Assembly: GCA_024277375.1 (NCBI GenBank) | Contig: JAJRVD010000025.1 | Coordinates: 19,846 to 83,845 of the forward strand | DNA length: 64,000 bases | DNA from: Candidatus Omnitrophota bacterium | GTDB lineage: Bacteria > Omnitrophota > Gorgyraeia > Tantalellales > Tantalellaceae | Reading direction: 5' to 3' | Shown: piece by piece, positions 1 through 11,947 of the stretch | Layout of the letters: each line of letters begins with the position of its first letter | Numbering within the stretch: the stretch's first letter is position 1 | Notes under the pieces: generated by a model | Told to the model about the DNA's origin: nothing | The model's input: only the letters and a program-made list of their open reading frames with translations | Databases searched by the model: none | Position numbers and translations under genes: made by a program

Positions 1-112
1 CGGCAATATCAAAAGTATGTGTTTTGGTCATAGACTGAATACTCACCGGATGGAAAGATCCTATCTTCACATTCCCGACCATAACTGTCCTCGTCTTTCG
101 TCGTGCTATCAC
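1..112 (-). CDS. ispG: HMBPP synthase IspG, N-terminus only (gene runs off the window)
   Basis: Manual translation from GTG at 112: [31 protein letters not shown], the typical IspG N-terminus; follows rseP and dxr. Confidence 0.9.
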   Translation of the reverse strand, partial: MIARRKTRTVMVGNVKIGSFHPVSIQSMTKTHTFDIA

Positions 113-1185
113 TTGCCTCCAAATGGAAGAATTTTGACGATATCCTGCCAGCTTACAAAAAGCGCGAAACCGATCAAAAGGATCAGCGCCGCCTGAGTTA
201 CTATTTCCTGGGCCTTTAACGATAACGCTTTACCCCGCGCCTTTTCGAGACCAAGAAATATTATGTGTCCTCCATCCAGAACAGGAAACGGTAAAAGATT
301 AAAAATAGCCAACGCCATATTTACATGTGCCGTAATGATCATAAGCGGCACTATGCCCAACTTAGCGGCCTGGCCCATAAGGCGCGCTATTCCTATCGGC
401 CCTGAAACAGAACTTTTTACCGGCATGCCGCCCGTTATGAGAAGCCATATGCCTTTATATGTCACTCCGGTAAGGGTAAGCAACCTCTTCCCGCCTAAAT
501 ATATGGCCGAAAGAGGATCATGCGGGATCGACAATATTTTGTCCTTAGGCGCGACTCCGATCATGGGCCTGGAAATAGTCTGCCCGAAAACATTTGTAAC
601 GGTTGAAATGTCAGGGATGACTTCTATATCAAGAGTTTTCCCTCCGCGCACAACGGTTATATTCAACCTGGTATTTTCACTGTCGGCAGATTCTGTCTTT
701 ATGGCACCCACTATATCATCCCAATATTTTATCTCGTGATGGTTGATAGAGGTTATCTCATCCCCCACCTTGATCCCGGCTTTCGCGGCAGGATAACCTT
801 TCAATACTTCTCCTATCTCATTCGAGAGCATAGGAACACCTATCGTGAAAATAACGCTAAAAAGAATAAAAGCGAAAATATAGTTTGTAAGCGATCCCGC
901 GGCCATGACCCAAAAACGATGACCTACCGGTTTTGACGCGAGCTCGTCATCTCTGCCTTCTACATCGGCGGGGTCTTCTCCCCGCATCTTGACGTACCCG
1001 CCAAAAGGTAAGAGCGAAATACGATAATCCGTTCCTCCGCGTTTAACTCCGCATAAACGCTTACCAAATCCGAGTGAAAATACTTCCACATCAACACCAA
1101 TTTTTTTTGCCGCAACCAAGTGCCCCGCCTCATGCACAAGTATGATCACGCTAAAAACAGCTAATACCACAATAATTGTTAACAA
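109..1185 (-). CDS. rseP: RIP metalloprotease RseP (M50 family with PDZ domain)
   Basis: HEAGH zinc motif, [11 protein letters not shown] motif, PDZ region; next to dxr. Confidence 0.95.
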   Translation of the reverse strand: MLTIIVVLAVFSVIILVHEAGHLVAAKKIGVDVEVFSLGFGKRLCGVKRGGTDYRISLLPFGGYVKMRGEDPADVEGRDDELASKPVGHRFWVMAAGSLTNYIFAFILFSVIFTIGVPMLSNEIGEVLKGYPAAKAGIKVGDEITSINHHEIKYWDDIVGAIKTESADSENTRLNITVVRGGKTLDIEVIPDISTVTNVFGQTISRPMIGVAPKDKILSIPHDPLSAIYLGGKRLLTLTGVTYKGIWLLITGGMPVKSSVSGPIGIARLMGQAAKLGIVPLMIITAHVNMALAIFNLLPFPVLDGGHIIFLGLEKARGKALSLKAQEIVTQAALILLIGFALFVSWQDIVKILPFGGK

Positions 1186-2321
1186 GACCTTAACACCTCC
1201 TCAATCGCCCACTTTTCCGCGTTTTTTATATCGTCCATAGACGGCTCATCTATACTTTTGTGACCGTCAATCGTTTTAGACACGATCTTTATTATATCCG
1301 TAAATCTTATCTTATTTTCAAGAAACATGTTCACCGCCACCTCATTAGACGCGTTAAGAACAGCCGGCACCGTACCACCCGCACGCATAGCGTCAAATGC
1401 CAATTCAAGAGCCGGGAATTTTCTGGTATCCGGTTCCATGAAAGAAAATCCCTTTATGGCCGTAAAATCCACCCTGGGGAAATTGCTTTCCATGATATCA
1501 GGGAACGACAACGCCTTTAATATGGGAAATCTCATATCCGGACAAAAAAGGCTGGCACTTACAGTCCCATCCAGAAACTCTACCATTGAATGTATTATAG
1601 CCTCAGGATGGATAACAACTTTTATGGCCGCCGGCGGAATATCAAACAGCCATCTCGCCTCTATGGCTTCCAGCCCCTTGTTCATGAGCGTAGCGGAATC
1701 CACGGTTATTTTCTGCCCCATATTCCACTTCGGATGATCGAGAACTTCTTCAAGCGTGATCGAACCGAAATCCTCTTCTTTTTTATCTTTAAGAGACCCC
1801 CCGCTCCCCGTAAGATATAAAGTTCTTACGTCTTTAGTACTCCTGCCCGAGAGACACTGCATAACAGCGCTATGTTCGGAATCCACAGGTATGATACGGG
1901 CTTTCTTTTCCCGTTGGATCTTTTGTATTACCGCCCCCGCGCTGACTATCGGCTCCTTGCTGGCCAACGCCACTGTCCTTGAGTTATTCAAAGCCGCTAT
2001 AAGCGGATCTAGCGCCGCCATACCACCGATGGCAATAAAAACAATATCCGCCTTTACCTCGCAGGCAAGCCTGACCACCTCTTCTCCTCCGGCGAAAACT
2101 TGTACCCCCGCCGGAACGCTATCTTTAAGATCGGAGTAATATTTTTCATTGCCTATCACCGCGACGTCAGGATGGAACTCTTCCGCCTGTTCAAGAAGAG
2201 AATCAAGATTTTCATTGCTCGCGATCGCCCTTATACGAAACTTATCGGAATAGTGCCTGACTACATCGAGAACATTTTTCCCTACAGATCCCGTGGAACC
2301 GAGAAGAATAATATCTTTCAT
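1179..2321 (-). CDS. dxr: 1-deoxy-D-xylulose-5-phosphate reductoisomerase
   Basis: LGSTGSVG, PVDSEHSA, HPKWNMGQKITVDSATLMNKGLE motifs. Confidence 0.97.
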   Translation of the reverse strand: MKDIILLGSTGSVGKNVLDVVRHYSDKFRIRAIASNENLDSLLEQAEEFHPDVAVIGNEKYYSDLKDSVPAGVQVFAGGEEVVRLACEVKADIVFIAIGGMAALDPLIAALNNSRTVALASKEPIVSAGAVIQKIQREKKARIIPVDSEHSAVMQCLSGRSTKDVRTLYLTGSGGSLKDKKEEDFGSITLEEVLDHPKWNMGQKITVDSATLMNKGLEAIEARWLFDIPPAAIKVVIHPEAIIHSMVEFLDGTVSASLFCPDMRFPILKALSFPDIMESNFPRVDFTAIKGFSFMEPDTRKFPALELAFDAMRAGGTVPAVLNASNEVAVNMFLENKIRFTDIIKIVSKTIDGHKSIDEPSMDDIKNAEKWAIEEVLRSC

Positions 2322-2324
2322 AAG

Positions 2325-3140
2325 CTAAAACGCCTTTATATAAAAGTAAAAAACCGGGGCGGTGAATAACAGGCTGTCAATAAGGTCAAGAAAGCCGCCG
2401 ATACCAGATAATTGCAGCCCGGAATCTTTTATATTGCAATCTCGTTTTATAAGGCTTTCAGCCAGATCTCCCACTTGCCCCAAAGTCGCCAGAACAATGC
2501 CTAGTATCGACAAGTGCACTATAGAGAAACCCGTCAAATGCGCGCCTAAAGTAATAGCGACCAAAACACTGACTATGATACCGCCCAGGGTACCTTCTTT
2601 TGTTTTATTTGGACTTATTCTCGGTATCAGTTCGCTCTTACCAAACTTTCTACCGATCATATAGGCGCCCATATCAGCGCTCTTAGTAACGATAATAAGA
2701 AAAGCTACGAGATTCGCTCCATTTTCTAAAAATTTAATTTTCACAAAAAACGAAAAAAACCAGGCGACATAAAAAAGCGAAAACAGGGTCAAGGCCGTGC
2801 TTACAAGATGATCTCGAGCGTTATCCCGCCTTATAAATTGCAAAGTTAAAGCAAAAAGACTGGCGATCACTATTAAAAACGATTCCAAATTCTTCAACTC
2901 AGGAAGAATATTGCCAAGAAAAATAACGATCGGAATGAGACATCCTACTGCTGTTCCAAAATATTTATAAACAAATACACCTCTATGCTCGACCATTTTA
3001 AAGAATTCAAATTGGCCAAAAGCCGCGAACAAAGCGATAATTAAACAAAATGCCCAGTTAGGTATCGCGTATATCACCAAAGATACGAACAGTACAAGTA
3101 TTATGCTGGTAACAGTCCTTGAGATAAATTTATTCACCAA
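2325..3140 (-). CDS. cdsA: Phosphatidate cytidylyltransferase
   Basis: Membrane protein with ISPNKTKEG and GDLAESLIKR...KDSG motifs; uppS-cdsA-dxr order. Confidence 0.95.
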   Translation of the reverse strand: MVNKFISRTVTSIILVLFVSLVIYAIPNWAFCLIIALFAAFGQFEFFKMVEHRGVFVYKYFGTAVGCLIPIVIFLGNILPELKNLESFLIVIASLFALTLQFIRRDNARDHLVSTALTLFSLFYVAWFFSFFVKIKFLENGANLVAFLIIVTKSADMGAYMIGRKFGKSELIPRISPNKTKEGTLGGIIVSVLVAITLGAHLTGFSIVHLSILGIVLATLGQVGDLAESLIKRDCNIKDSGLQLSGIGGFLDLIDSLLFTAPVFYFYIKAF

Positions 3141-3822
3141 ATCTCCTCTCCCTTAGCGAATACTCTTCTAACGCCTTTCTCAGATCTTCTTCATTAAAAT
3201 CGGGCCAAAGGGTTTTTGTTACATATATTTCCGCATATGCCGATTGCCACAACAAAAAATTACTCAACCGCATCTCGCCCGAAGTACGTATTATGAAATC
3301 AAGCGGCGGGAGGCCTTCGGTGTATAGGAATTTCTCAAAATCATCCTCTTTCAGCGACGACACTTCGAGCTGACCGTTTTTATTCTTTTCGCAAACTTTT
3401 TTGACCGCGTCCAATATCTCCCGGCGTGCGCCATAATTCAATGCCAGGGTAAGTACCATTCCGGAGTTATTGGAAGTACTCTTTGTGATCTTTTTTATCG
3501 CGGCCTGCAATGACTCGGGAAAAGCGTCGATCCGGCCGATCACATTAAATCTCATATTCCCTTCACGTAAAAGGTCTTCTTTTTCCCGCAGGCTCCTTTC
3601 AAGAAGCTTCATAAGCGCGCTTACTTCCTCTTTTGAACGTTTCCAGTTTTCAGAGGAAAAGGTATACAATGTAAGTGCTTTCACGCCCTTATCCGAACAC
3701 TCTTTTACTATCAGATCGACGTTTTTCACTCCCGAACGATGTCCCATTACACGAGGAAGATTTCGTTTCCTGGCCCACCGTCCGTTCCCATCCATTATTA
3801 TGGCTATATGTTCCGGTAACAT
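3130..3822 (-). CDS. uppS: Undecaprenyl diphosphate synthase
   Basis: HIAIIMDGNGRWA, FSSENWKR, RTSGEMRLSNFLLWQ. Confidence 0.97.
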   Translation of the reverse strand: MLPEHIAIIMDGNGRWARKRNLPRVMGHRSGVKNVDLIVKECSDKGVKALTLYTFSSENWKRSKEEVSALMKLLERSLREKEDLLREGNMRFNVIGRIDAFPESLQAAIKKITKSTSNNSGMVLTLALNYGARREILDAVKKVCEKNKNGQLEVSSLKEDDFEKFLYTEGLPPLDFIIRTSGEMRLSNFLLWQSAYAEIYVTKTLWPDFNEEDLRKALEEYSLRERRFGE

Positions 3823-3834
3823 GATCGTATGGTT

Positions 3835-3878
3835 ATAGGGGACAGCCTCCTTTTGCCCAAAAGGAGGCTGTCCCCTAT
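3835..3878. repeat. Perfect 20-bp-stem palindrome of GGGGACAG...CTGTCCCC type; may also act as a terminator
   Basis: ATAGGGGACAGCCTCCTTTT-gccc-AAAAGGAGGCTGTCCCCTAT. Confidence 0.8.
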
Positions 3879-3898
3879 TCTTCCCTTATTTTTGTCTC

Positions 3899-4573
3899 TT
3901 ATTTAAAATTGTTTCCGGTTGCGCTGTCTGATATTTTTTCGGCGGAAAACTCCGGCAATATCACTATTTCAACCCTTCGGTTCTTTGCCCTTCCATCGGA
4001 GGAATTATTAGATGCCAAAGGCCGGTGTTCTCCATATCCGGTCGCTGAAAGCCTTCTTGGCGAAATACCTTTGTCCTCAAGGTAATGAAGAACATTAGTG
4101 GCCCGACGAGTCGAAAGTTCCCAGTTAGACGGCCATGATGAATGCTGTATAGGTACGTTGTCGGTATGCCCGCTTACGCCTATGTCTTTATCGGGCACTT
4201 CCCTTTTGATCACTTTCGCGAGTTTATCCAATACGGGATATGCCTCGCTTTTTAACTCCGCCTTACCTGAAGCGAATAGAATTTCGTCCGACAGGATCAC
4301 GACCAGACCACCTTCACCAAGCCTGAATGACACTTGGTCGTCAGCTATTTGCCCCTTAAGCTTGCTCTCCAACATACGCCTGACTTCTTCGAATTGTTTA
4401 CGTTCACGACGGCGCTCGGCTTCGAGATCACTGATCTTGCCTTTTAGCTCTTTGATCTGTTTTTTTGCCCGAGGACTTTGTTTATAAAAATTAACGGCAC
4501 ATCCTGATGTCATAAGACTAACGAAAATGATCAAACACACGCTCTTCAATAGAATAAAACGCTTTAACATCAT
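3899..4573 (-). CDS. OmpA/MotB-family peptidoglycan-binding lipoprotein
   Basis: Lipobox-like SGC, coiled coil, GHTDNVPI, NWELSTRRA and NRRVEI motifs. Confidence 0.85.
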   Translation of the reverse strand: MMLKRFILLKSVCLIIFVSLMTSGCAVNFYKQSPRAKKQIKELKGKISDLEAERRRERKQFEEVRRMLESKLKGQIADDQVSFRLGEGGLVVILSDEILFASGKAELKSEAYPVLDKLAKVIKREVPDKDIGVSGHTDNVPIQHSSWPSNWELSTRRATNVLHYLEDKGISPRRLSATGYGEHRPLASNNSSDGRAKNRRVEIVILPEFSAEKISDSATGNNFK

Positions 4574-4583
4574 AAGGACCCCC

Positions 4584-5927
<1,344 letters not shown>

Positions 5928-5969
5928 CTATGTAATTTGCGTTACTGTGTTCCCAAGTTACAGTCTCAG

Positions 5970-7568
5970 TTATTCCGCTAACCGAACCTGCTTAACGTCA
6001 TTGATATCTTTAGACTGCTTAAGCTTCTTGATAAGTTCTTTCGGAATAGCACTGTCTACGTTTAACAAACTTATAGCCTGGCCGGTTTTCTTGTCCCTGC
6101 CAAAACTCATCTCAGCTATATTTATCCCCTGCCTACCCAATACGGTGCCTATTTTACCAACTACACCCGGGACATCATCATTAGAGACAACCAGCATATC
6201 CCCGTGAGGTATCGCTTCAACATAAAATTTGTCCATTTTTATGATCCGAGGTTCTTTGTTGGAAAAAAGCGTACCCATTATAAAATGCTTTTTCTTGCCG
6301 GTATCAAATTCAACTGTAATAAGATTAGCAAAATCCGTAATGTTCGTAGTCTTTTTTTCGGATACTTTTATGCCTCTTTCTTTGGCTATCAAGAGTGAAT
6401 TCACATAATTAACTTCTTCTTCCAATATTGGATTAAACACACCCTTCAATAAAGCGCGTGTAATGATCCCCACATCCGTGTTCGCGACTTCACCCACATA
6501 ATTTACGGTGATACTTTTTATCGGTTTATCTATAAGTTGTGTCTGCATAGACCCCAGACGTTCCGCCAGATTAACATAAGGTTGCGCCATTTGCAGAGCC
6601 TCTTCTTCCATCGCCGGAATATTTGCCGCGCTACGAAAACCCTTTCCCAGAAGAGCGTCTGAAACGGACCTGGCGATATCCATTGCCACGTTCACCTGGG
6701 CTTCCGCGGTAGATGCTCCCAGGTGAGGAGTGGTAACCACTTCATCCATATTCACCACAGGACTGTCAACCGGAGGTTTCGCCTTAGTCTCAAAAACATC
6801 AAGTGCCGCGCCTTTTACCTTGCCGGATCTTAGATTCTTGGCTAAAGCCGCCTCATCAATTATCCCGCCCCTGGCAGCATTAATTATACGAACGCCTTTT
6901 TTCATCTTTTTAAACGCCTTTTCGTCGATGAGATGTTTTGTCTCATCCGTCAGAGGAGTGTGTATTGTTATGAAGTCCGCTCCTCCAAGAAGTGTGTCTA
7001 AACTCGCCGATTCTACATTTAAAGATTTCGCTTTTTCCTCAGACAGGAACGGATCAAAAACCAGTATCTTCATACCAAAGCTCAAGGCACGTTTGGCGAA
7101 TTCGGCACCAATACGTCCCATGCCGATAATGCCCAGTACTTTCCCGTACAATTCCACACCCATAAACTTCTTTCTGTCCCATTTACCCTGCTTAATAGAT
7201 TGATTGGCCTGGGGAATATTCCTGGAAAGTGACATCATAAGGCTAAAAGCGTGTTCAGCGGTAGATATAGTATTCCCGGCCGGCGCGTTCATGACCACTA
7301 TACCTTTTTTGGACGCCGCCTGCACATCAACGTTATCCAAACCCACACCCGCTCTGCCGATAACTTTCAGTTTGTTGGATGCGTCTATGATCTTTTTTGT
7401 TACCGTCGTTCCGCTTCTTACAATAAGAGCGTCGTATCCTTTTATCTTTTTGACGAGTTCGCTTTCGGAAAGTTTAAAAACCTCATCGACCTTAAGGTTG
7501 TTTTCCCTTAATATATCCACCCCTTCCTTTGCCAGGGGATCACTTATAAGAACTTTGATCGCGGCCAT
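5970..7568 (-). CDS. serA: D-3-phosphoglycerate dehydrogenase with ASB and ACT domains
   Basis: RAGVGLDNVD, GMGRIG, TPHLGASTAEAQ, C-terminal ACT domain. Confidence 0.96.
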   Translation of the reverse strand: MAAIKVLISDPLAKEGVDILRENNLKVDEVFKLSESELVKKIKGYDALIVRSGTTVTKKIIDASNKLKVIGRAGVGLDNVDVQAASKKGIVVMNAPAGNTISTAEHAFSLMMSLSRNIPQANQSIKQGKWDRKKFMGVELYGKVLGIIGMGRIGAEFAKRALSFGMKILVFDPFLSEEKAKSLNVESASLDTLLGGADFITIHTPLTDETKHLIDEKAFKKMKKGVRIINAARGGIIDEAALAKNLRSGKVKGAALDVFETKAKPPVDSPVVNMDEVVTTPHLGASTAEAQVNVAMDIARSVSDALLGKGFRSAANIPAMEEEALQMAQPYVNLAERLGSMQTQLIDKPIKSITVNYVGEVANTDVGIITRALLKGVFNPILEEEVNYVNSLLIAKERGIKVSEKKTTNITDFANLITVEFDTGKKKHFIMGTLFSNKEPRIIKMDKFYVEAIPHGDMLVVSNDDVPGVVGKIGTVLGRQGINIAEMSFGRDKKTGQAISLLNVDSAIPKELIKKLKQSKDINDVKQVRLAE

Positions 7569-7594
7569 GTTACTCCTTTTTCTAACATGTAGTA

Positions 7595-7756
7595 GACTCC
7601 TGCAAAACGCTTTTTTTTAATCAGACTGTACCATAATGTAGGGGCTTGATTCATCAAGCCCATTATATCGGGTTCGATGAATCGAACCCCTACAATCAAT
7701 ACATTGTATGCGGACATCCGCAAAACGAATTACGAAAGTCCTATTTTGCAGGATCC
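7595..7756 (+). mobile_element. Composite B[A] element; A starts 7622, REP doublet 7638-7693, right end of A deleted
   Basis: TIRs GACTCCTGCAAAA / TTTTGCAGGATCC; flanks TCTAACATGTAGTA vs TTTAACGTGTACGA (10/14 match). Confidence 0.75.
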
Positions 7757-7764
7757 TTTAACGT

Positions 7765-7790
7765 GTACGAGCACGGCGCCGTGCCCCTAC
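7765..7790. repeat. Degenerate GTAG-type REP palindrome overlapping the aminotransferase stop codon
   Basis: GTACGAGCACGGCGCCGTGCCCCTAC. Confidence 0.7.
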
Positions 7791-8917
7791 TTAAACAATT
7801 CTTGTGCCTTGCCAACACCTTTACCCAACCGAACATCAAAACCCAGCTGGCTGAGAACTATTTCTATTCCCGCTAGAGCCCCGATAGTGTCATACTCATC
7901 CATGTATCCAAGGTGAGCTAATCGAAATATCTTCCCTTTAAGCGCGGCCTGTCCGCCCGCGATCGTTACTCCCTGCTCATCACGCATTTTCTTTGCTAAC
8001 GCTCCGCCATCAACGCCTTCCGGGACTTTTACCGCGGTAACAGCATTCGAAGGCTTCTCAGAAAAAAGTTCAAGCCCCATAGCTTTTACCGCTTCACGCG
8101 TAGCATTCGCGAGTTTCGCGTGCCTCTTTAAAACATTATCAAGCCCCTCTTCCAGCAGCATATCAAGCACGGTATTAAGCCCCATTATCAACGATACTGC
8201 CGGAGTGTACGGGGTATCATCTTTCGCGTGCGCTTTTAACGCCGCCTTAAGATCAAAGTAATATTTAGGAAGGCTGGACGATTCCACAAGTTTCTGAGCT
8301 TTCCGGCTCAGACTCAAGAATGCCAGACCCGGGGGAAGCATAAGACCTTTCTGAGAACCGCAAACCACTACATCAACTCCCCATTCATCCGTTTTTAGTT
8401 CATCCGCGGATAATCCGCTAATAGCATCGACAACAAGCACAGCGTCGGTTGCCGAAACCACTTTAGCTATCGCCTTAATATCATTAACAACGCCGGTAGA
8501 TGTCTCGCATAAAGTACTGTATACGGCCTTCACGTCAGGATTTTCTTTAAGCAATTCGGACACAACTTCCGGATCCACGCTTTTTCCCCACTCAACGTCG
8601 CAATCTACAACTTCCACCCCGTAGGCACTACTTATCTCGGCAAATCTCTCACCGAATTTTCCGCCCTTTACAACGATAACCTTATCACCTCTGGACACTA
8701 AGTTCACTACAGAAGCTTCCATAGCACCGGTTCCGCTCGAAGCGAAAACAAAAACCGGGTTTTTCGTCTGAAAAAGTTTCTTAAGCTTAATGTTCACGTC
8801 CTTAAGCACAGCCTGGAACTGAGGTGTTCTATGGTGGATAATGGTATCGGCCATCTTTAGTAACACTTTTTCCGGCACAGGCGTAGGGCCCGGCGCCATC
8901 AATCTATATTTTCGCAT
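7787..8917 (-). CDS. Class V PLP aminotransferase (serine-pyruvate/alanine-glyoxylate type), probably in serine synthesis with serA
   Basis: PGPTPVP, SSGTGAMEA, VDAISG, GSQKGLMLPPGL. Confidence 0.9.
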   Translation of the reverse strand: MRKYRLMAPGPTPVPEKVLLKMADTIIHHRTPQFQAVLKDVNIKLKKLFQTKNPVFVFASSGTGAMEASVVNLVSRGDKVIVVKGGKFGERFAEISSAYGVEVVDCDVEWGKSVDPEVVSELLKENPDVKAVYSTLCETSTGVVNDIKAIAKVVSATDAVLVVDAISGLSADELKTDEWGVDVVVCGSQKGLMLPPGLAFLSLSRKAQKLVESSSLPKYYFDLKAALKAHAKDDTPYTPAVSLIMGLNTVLDMLLEEGLDNVLKRHAKLANATREAVKAMGLELFSEKPSNAVTAVKVPEGVDGGALAKKMRDEQGVTIAGGQAALKGKIFRLAHLGYMDEYDTIGALAGIEIVLSQLGFDVRLGKGVGKAQELFK

Positions 8918-8938
8918 CTATTGCTCCTTACATTAATG

Positions 8939-8966
8939 GTAGGGGCGTATTGCAATACGTCCCTAC
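8939..8966. repeat. 28-bp GTAG-type REP palindrome
   Basis: GTAGGGGCGTATTGCAATACGTCCCTAC. Confidence 0.8.
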
Positions 8967-8976
8967 AATCGTTAAT

Positions 8977-9561
8977 TTATATCGCTTCAACAACGTGATC
9001 AACTATTCCATACTCTTTCGCCTCTTGGGCGGTCATAAAATAGTCTCTATCCGTATCTTTTTTGACCGTCTCCACTGACTGTCCGGTATGTTTTACCAGT
9101 ATCCCTTCCAACTGCTCTTTCATCCTGGTGATCTCTTTTGCCTGAATATGTATGTCCGTTGCCGTACCCTGAACTCCACCCCACGGCTGATGCACCATTA
9201 TCCTGGAATACGGAAGCGCGTAGCGTTTCCCTGTGGCACCCGCGGCAAGAAGAACAGCACCCATGCTCGCGGCTTGCCCGACACAATACGTATTAACCTC
9301 AGGTTTGATAAACTGCATCGTATCGTAAATTGACAGACCGCTGGTAATACTTCCGCCGGGAGTATTAATGTATATGTCTATATCCTTCTCGGCGTCTTCC
9401 ATTTGCAGATATAAAAGTTCAGCGATAACAATATTCGCCACATTATCATCAATAGGCGTTCCTATGAATATAACTCTATCCTTAAGAAGACGCGAATATA
9501 TATCATACGCCCTTTCCATTCTTCCCTCTTTCTCAATAACCATAGGTATTACGCCGCTCAT
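8977..9561 (-). CDS. clpP: ATP-dependent Clp protease proteolytic subunit
   Basis: [30 protein letters not shown]. Confidence 0.97.
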   Translation of the reverse strand: MSGVIPMVIEKEGRMERAYDIYSRLLKDRVIFIGTPIDDNVANIVIAELLYLQMEDAEKDIDIYINTPGGSITSGLSIYDTMQFIKPEVNTYCVGQAASMGAVLLAAGATGKRYALPYSRIMVHQPWGGVQGTATDIHIQAKEITRMKEQLEGILVKHTGQSVETVKKDTDRDYFMTAQEAKEYGIVDHVVEAI

Positions 9562-9590
9562 ATGTTCCTCCTTTTACGTACAGCGTATAT

Positions 9591-9752
9591 TGCCTCTGCA
9601 AAACGCTGTTTTTTTAATCAGACTGTGTCATAATATAGGGGCTTGATTCATCAAGCCCGTTATATCGGGTTCGATGAATCGAACCCCTACAATATATTGT
9701 ATGCGGCCATACGCAAAACAAATTACGACACAAGTTCCATTTTGCAGGACCC
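9591..9752 (+). mobile_element. Composite B[A] element; A starts 9619, REP doublet 9635-9690, right end of A truncated
   Basis: CTGCAAAACGCTG...TTTTGCAGGACCC; GTACAGCGTAT on both flanks. Confidence 0.75.
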
Positions 9753-9793
9753 TTGTACAGCGTATGGCATACAGCGCATAGCGTTATTGAAAA

Positions 9794-11068
9794 CTATTTT
9801 TTCTCGACTATTTCCGCCTCATCGAGGAGAAAATCCAGTGTTTTATCTTCTCTTATCTGTTCCTCAAGCCCTCCGATAAGATCATTTTCTCTGTAGTATT
9901 CCTTAACTTTGTCGAAGGGTTGGTTATAACTGACAGCGAGATTCCTGATCCATTCCTCCGTCTCTTCGTCCGTGGACTCAACCTTCTCAATGTTCGCGAT
10001 CGCGTCGAGGATAAAATACAATTTAACTTTGTTTTCGGATTCTCTGGTAAGTTGGTCCTTTAGTTCCGCTTTATGCGATTCCATGGTCTTCTCATCTACG
10101 CCTTTCTGCTTCAATTCGTTTTCCGCTTTTTCCGTAAGCACTTTCAATTGTCTCGCGACCATAGTTTCCGGGAGGTCAAAGGCATGTTTCTTGAGCAGTT
10201 GTTCCATGATCTGATTTTTCATAGCCACTTTATCGTTGTACTGTTTTCTCTCTAAGAGTTGTGCTCGCACTTCATTCCGCGCGTCATCCATTGTTTCTTT
10301 GCCTATCTTTTTGGCAAATTCGTCATTCAACTCAGGCAGTTTTTTCTATTTCGTTTCTTTGACTTCAACCTTAAATATAGCTTTTTTGCCGGCATATTTT
10401 TCGTCAGGATAATTTTCCGGTAAAACGATCTCCATGTCTTTCCGGTCTCCTTTTTTTAGACCGATAAGCTCCTCGCCCATCCCCAGAAGAGAGGTTTCTT
10501 TGTCTGCTTCGATCCACATGTTCTCGCGTTTTTTTGAGATCAATTTATCATCCATAAAAGTTTCCACATCACAAACACCAAAATCTCCTTTTTTCATGGA
10601 TCTCTCGATATCACTAAATTCGGCATTCATGCTCTGGAACCGCTCTATGGTCTCCTCTACTTCTTTGCCTTCAACTGTTATCTTCTCTGCGGAAACTTTC
10701 AAACCCTTATATTTCTGTAACTTTATCTCCGGATGTGTATCCACTTTAGCTTTAAATTTAAGACCCCCTGAAGCTTCCATGACCACATCTGAAACCTCAG
10801 GAAGACTTACCGGCGTGATACCGTGATCGTTCAACGCCCATTGATACCCCTCGGAAACCAAACGACGTTGAACTTCATCGGTCGCTTCCTCATGATGATG
10901 TTTTTGCACAATATCCATAGGAGCTTTACCCGTCCTGAAACCCGGAATAGTCACGGTTTTACGAATATCTTCCAGCACCTCTTTATAAACTTCTTCAACT
11001 TTCTGGCTTGGGATCTCTATGTCCAACTGCCTGGACGTTCCTTTAAGTTTTTTTATCTTACCTTTCAT
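9794..11068 (-). CDS. tig: Trigger factor, interrupted by one in-frame TAG at 10346-10348 (sequence error or pseudogene)
   Basis: IPGFRTGKAP motif; same-frame read-through KVEVKETK*KKLPELNDEFAK joins ORFs 10346-11068 and 9794-10330; upstream of clpP. Confidence 0.9.
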
Positions 11069-11096
11069 TGTTTTTTCCTATCGTTTTACCCCGTTA

Positions 11097-11630
11097 TTAA
11101 AATTTGGGTTCTACCAGCCCATAATTACCATCGTGCCGTTTATACAAAACATTAACCTCTCCGGTATCCGCGTTCTTAAACACAAGAAAATCTTTATCCG
11201 TATTATTCAATTCCATTTTGGCTTCTTCCGGAAGCATTGGCTTATCCGCGAACATGTTTGTCCTGATGATCTCGCCTTCTTCAGGGAAAAATACTTCTTC
11301 TTGAGACCAAAAGCGCACAAAACGATTAAACACTCTTCTTCTTCTTGAACTAGTCCTATCGCTGATCCTTCTTAACTGTTTTTTTATGCTGGTTGCCGCG
11401 CTGTCTATCGAAGCGTATACGTCTGTTGAGCTCTCTTTGGCAACTATTTTACTTCCCTTTATGTACAAGATTATCTCAACGTTCTGCCTCATCTTTTCTT
11501 CCTCGAGAACAACGTCACATGCCTGGATCCCCTTATACATGCGTTCCAGTTTTCCCAGGCGCTTTTGGATGTATCCTTTTATGTCATCACTTAACTCAAT
11601 ATTCCGTCCGGTAATATTAATATCCATCAC
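11097..11630 (-). CDS. hpf: Long ribosome hibernation promoting factor (HPF/RaiA)
   Basis: INITGRNIEL, DVYASIDSA, KPMLPEEA, VNVLYKRHDGNYGLVEP. Confidence 0.93.
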   Translation of the reverse strand: MMDINITGRNIELSDDIKGYIQKRLGKLERMYKGIQACDVVLEEEKMRQNVEIILYIKGSKIVAKESSTDVYASIDSAATSIKKQLRRISDRTSSRRRRVFNRFVRFWSQEEVFFPEEGEIIRTNMFADKPMLPEEAKMELNNTDKDFLVFKNADTGEVNVLYKRHDGNYGLVEPKF

Positions 11631-11750
11631 TTAGGCTCCTTTCACATGAATAATCCGAAAAATAAGAAATATAACTATACCACTATGCGTTACGTTTTTC
11701 AATAGATTTTGACGCTATAGTTCGCCAATCTGCCTCAATTTCTCGTCATT

Positions 11751-11843
11751 CAGACTGTGTCATACCGTAGGGGCTTGATTCAACACCGTAGGGGCTTGAT
11801 TCATCAAGCCCGTTATATCGGGTTCGATAAATCGAACCCCTAC
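11751..11843 (+). mobile_element. Truncated element A with a tandemly duplicated REP half; doublet 11788-11843
   Basis: GTCATT|CAGACTGTGTCAT; ACCGTAGGGGCTTGATTCA occurs twice (11764, 11785). Confidence 0.75.
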
Positions 11844-11887
11844 TTCGACTCGGTCTCGTCTCACTCGCTTCGCTCGTTCGCCCAGGA

Positions 11888-11947
11888 TGACGTTACATTA
11901 TACAACTTACGTTCACTTCGTTCCGTAAGTTGTATAATGTAACGTCA
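11888..11947. repeat. Perfect 24-bp hairpin with TTCACTTCGTTC loop, including the lptB stop codon
   Basis: TGACGTTACATTATACAACTTACG / CGTAAGTTGTATAATGTAACGTCA. Confidence 0.85.

Noticed and set aside
7646-7916. Short ORFs reading through element A (MIHQAHYIGFDESNPY...; also 9643, 11757, 42771, 48615, 55091)
   Set aside because: They are translations of the repeat in various frames with no conserved start, stop or length, so not a peptide family
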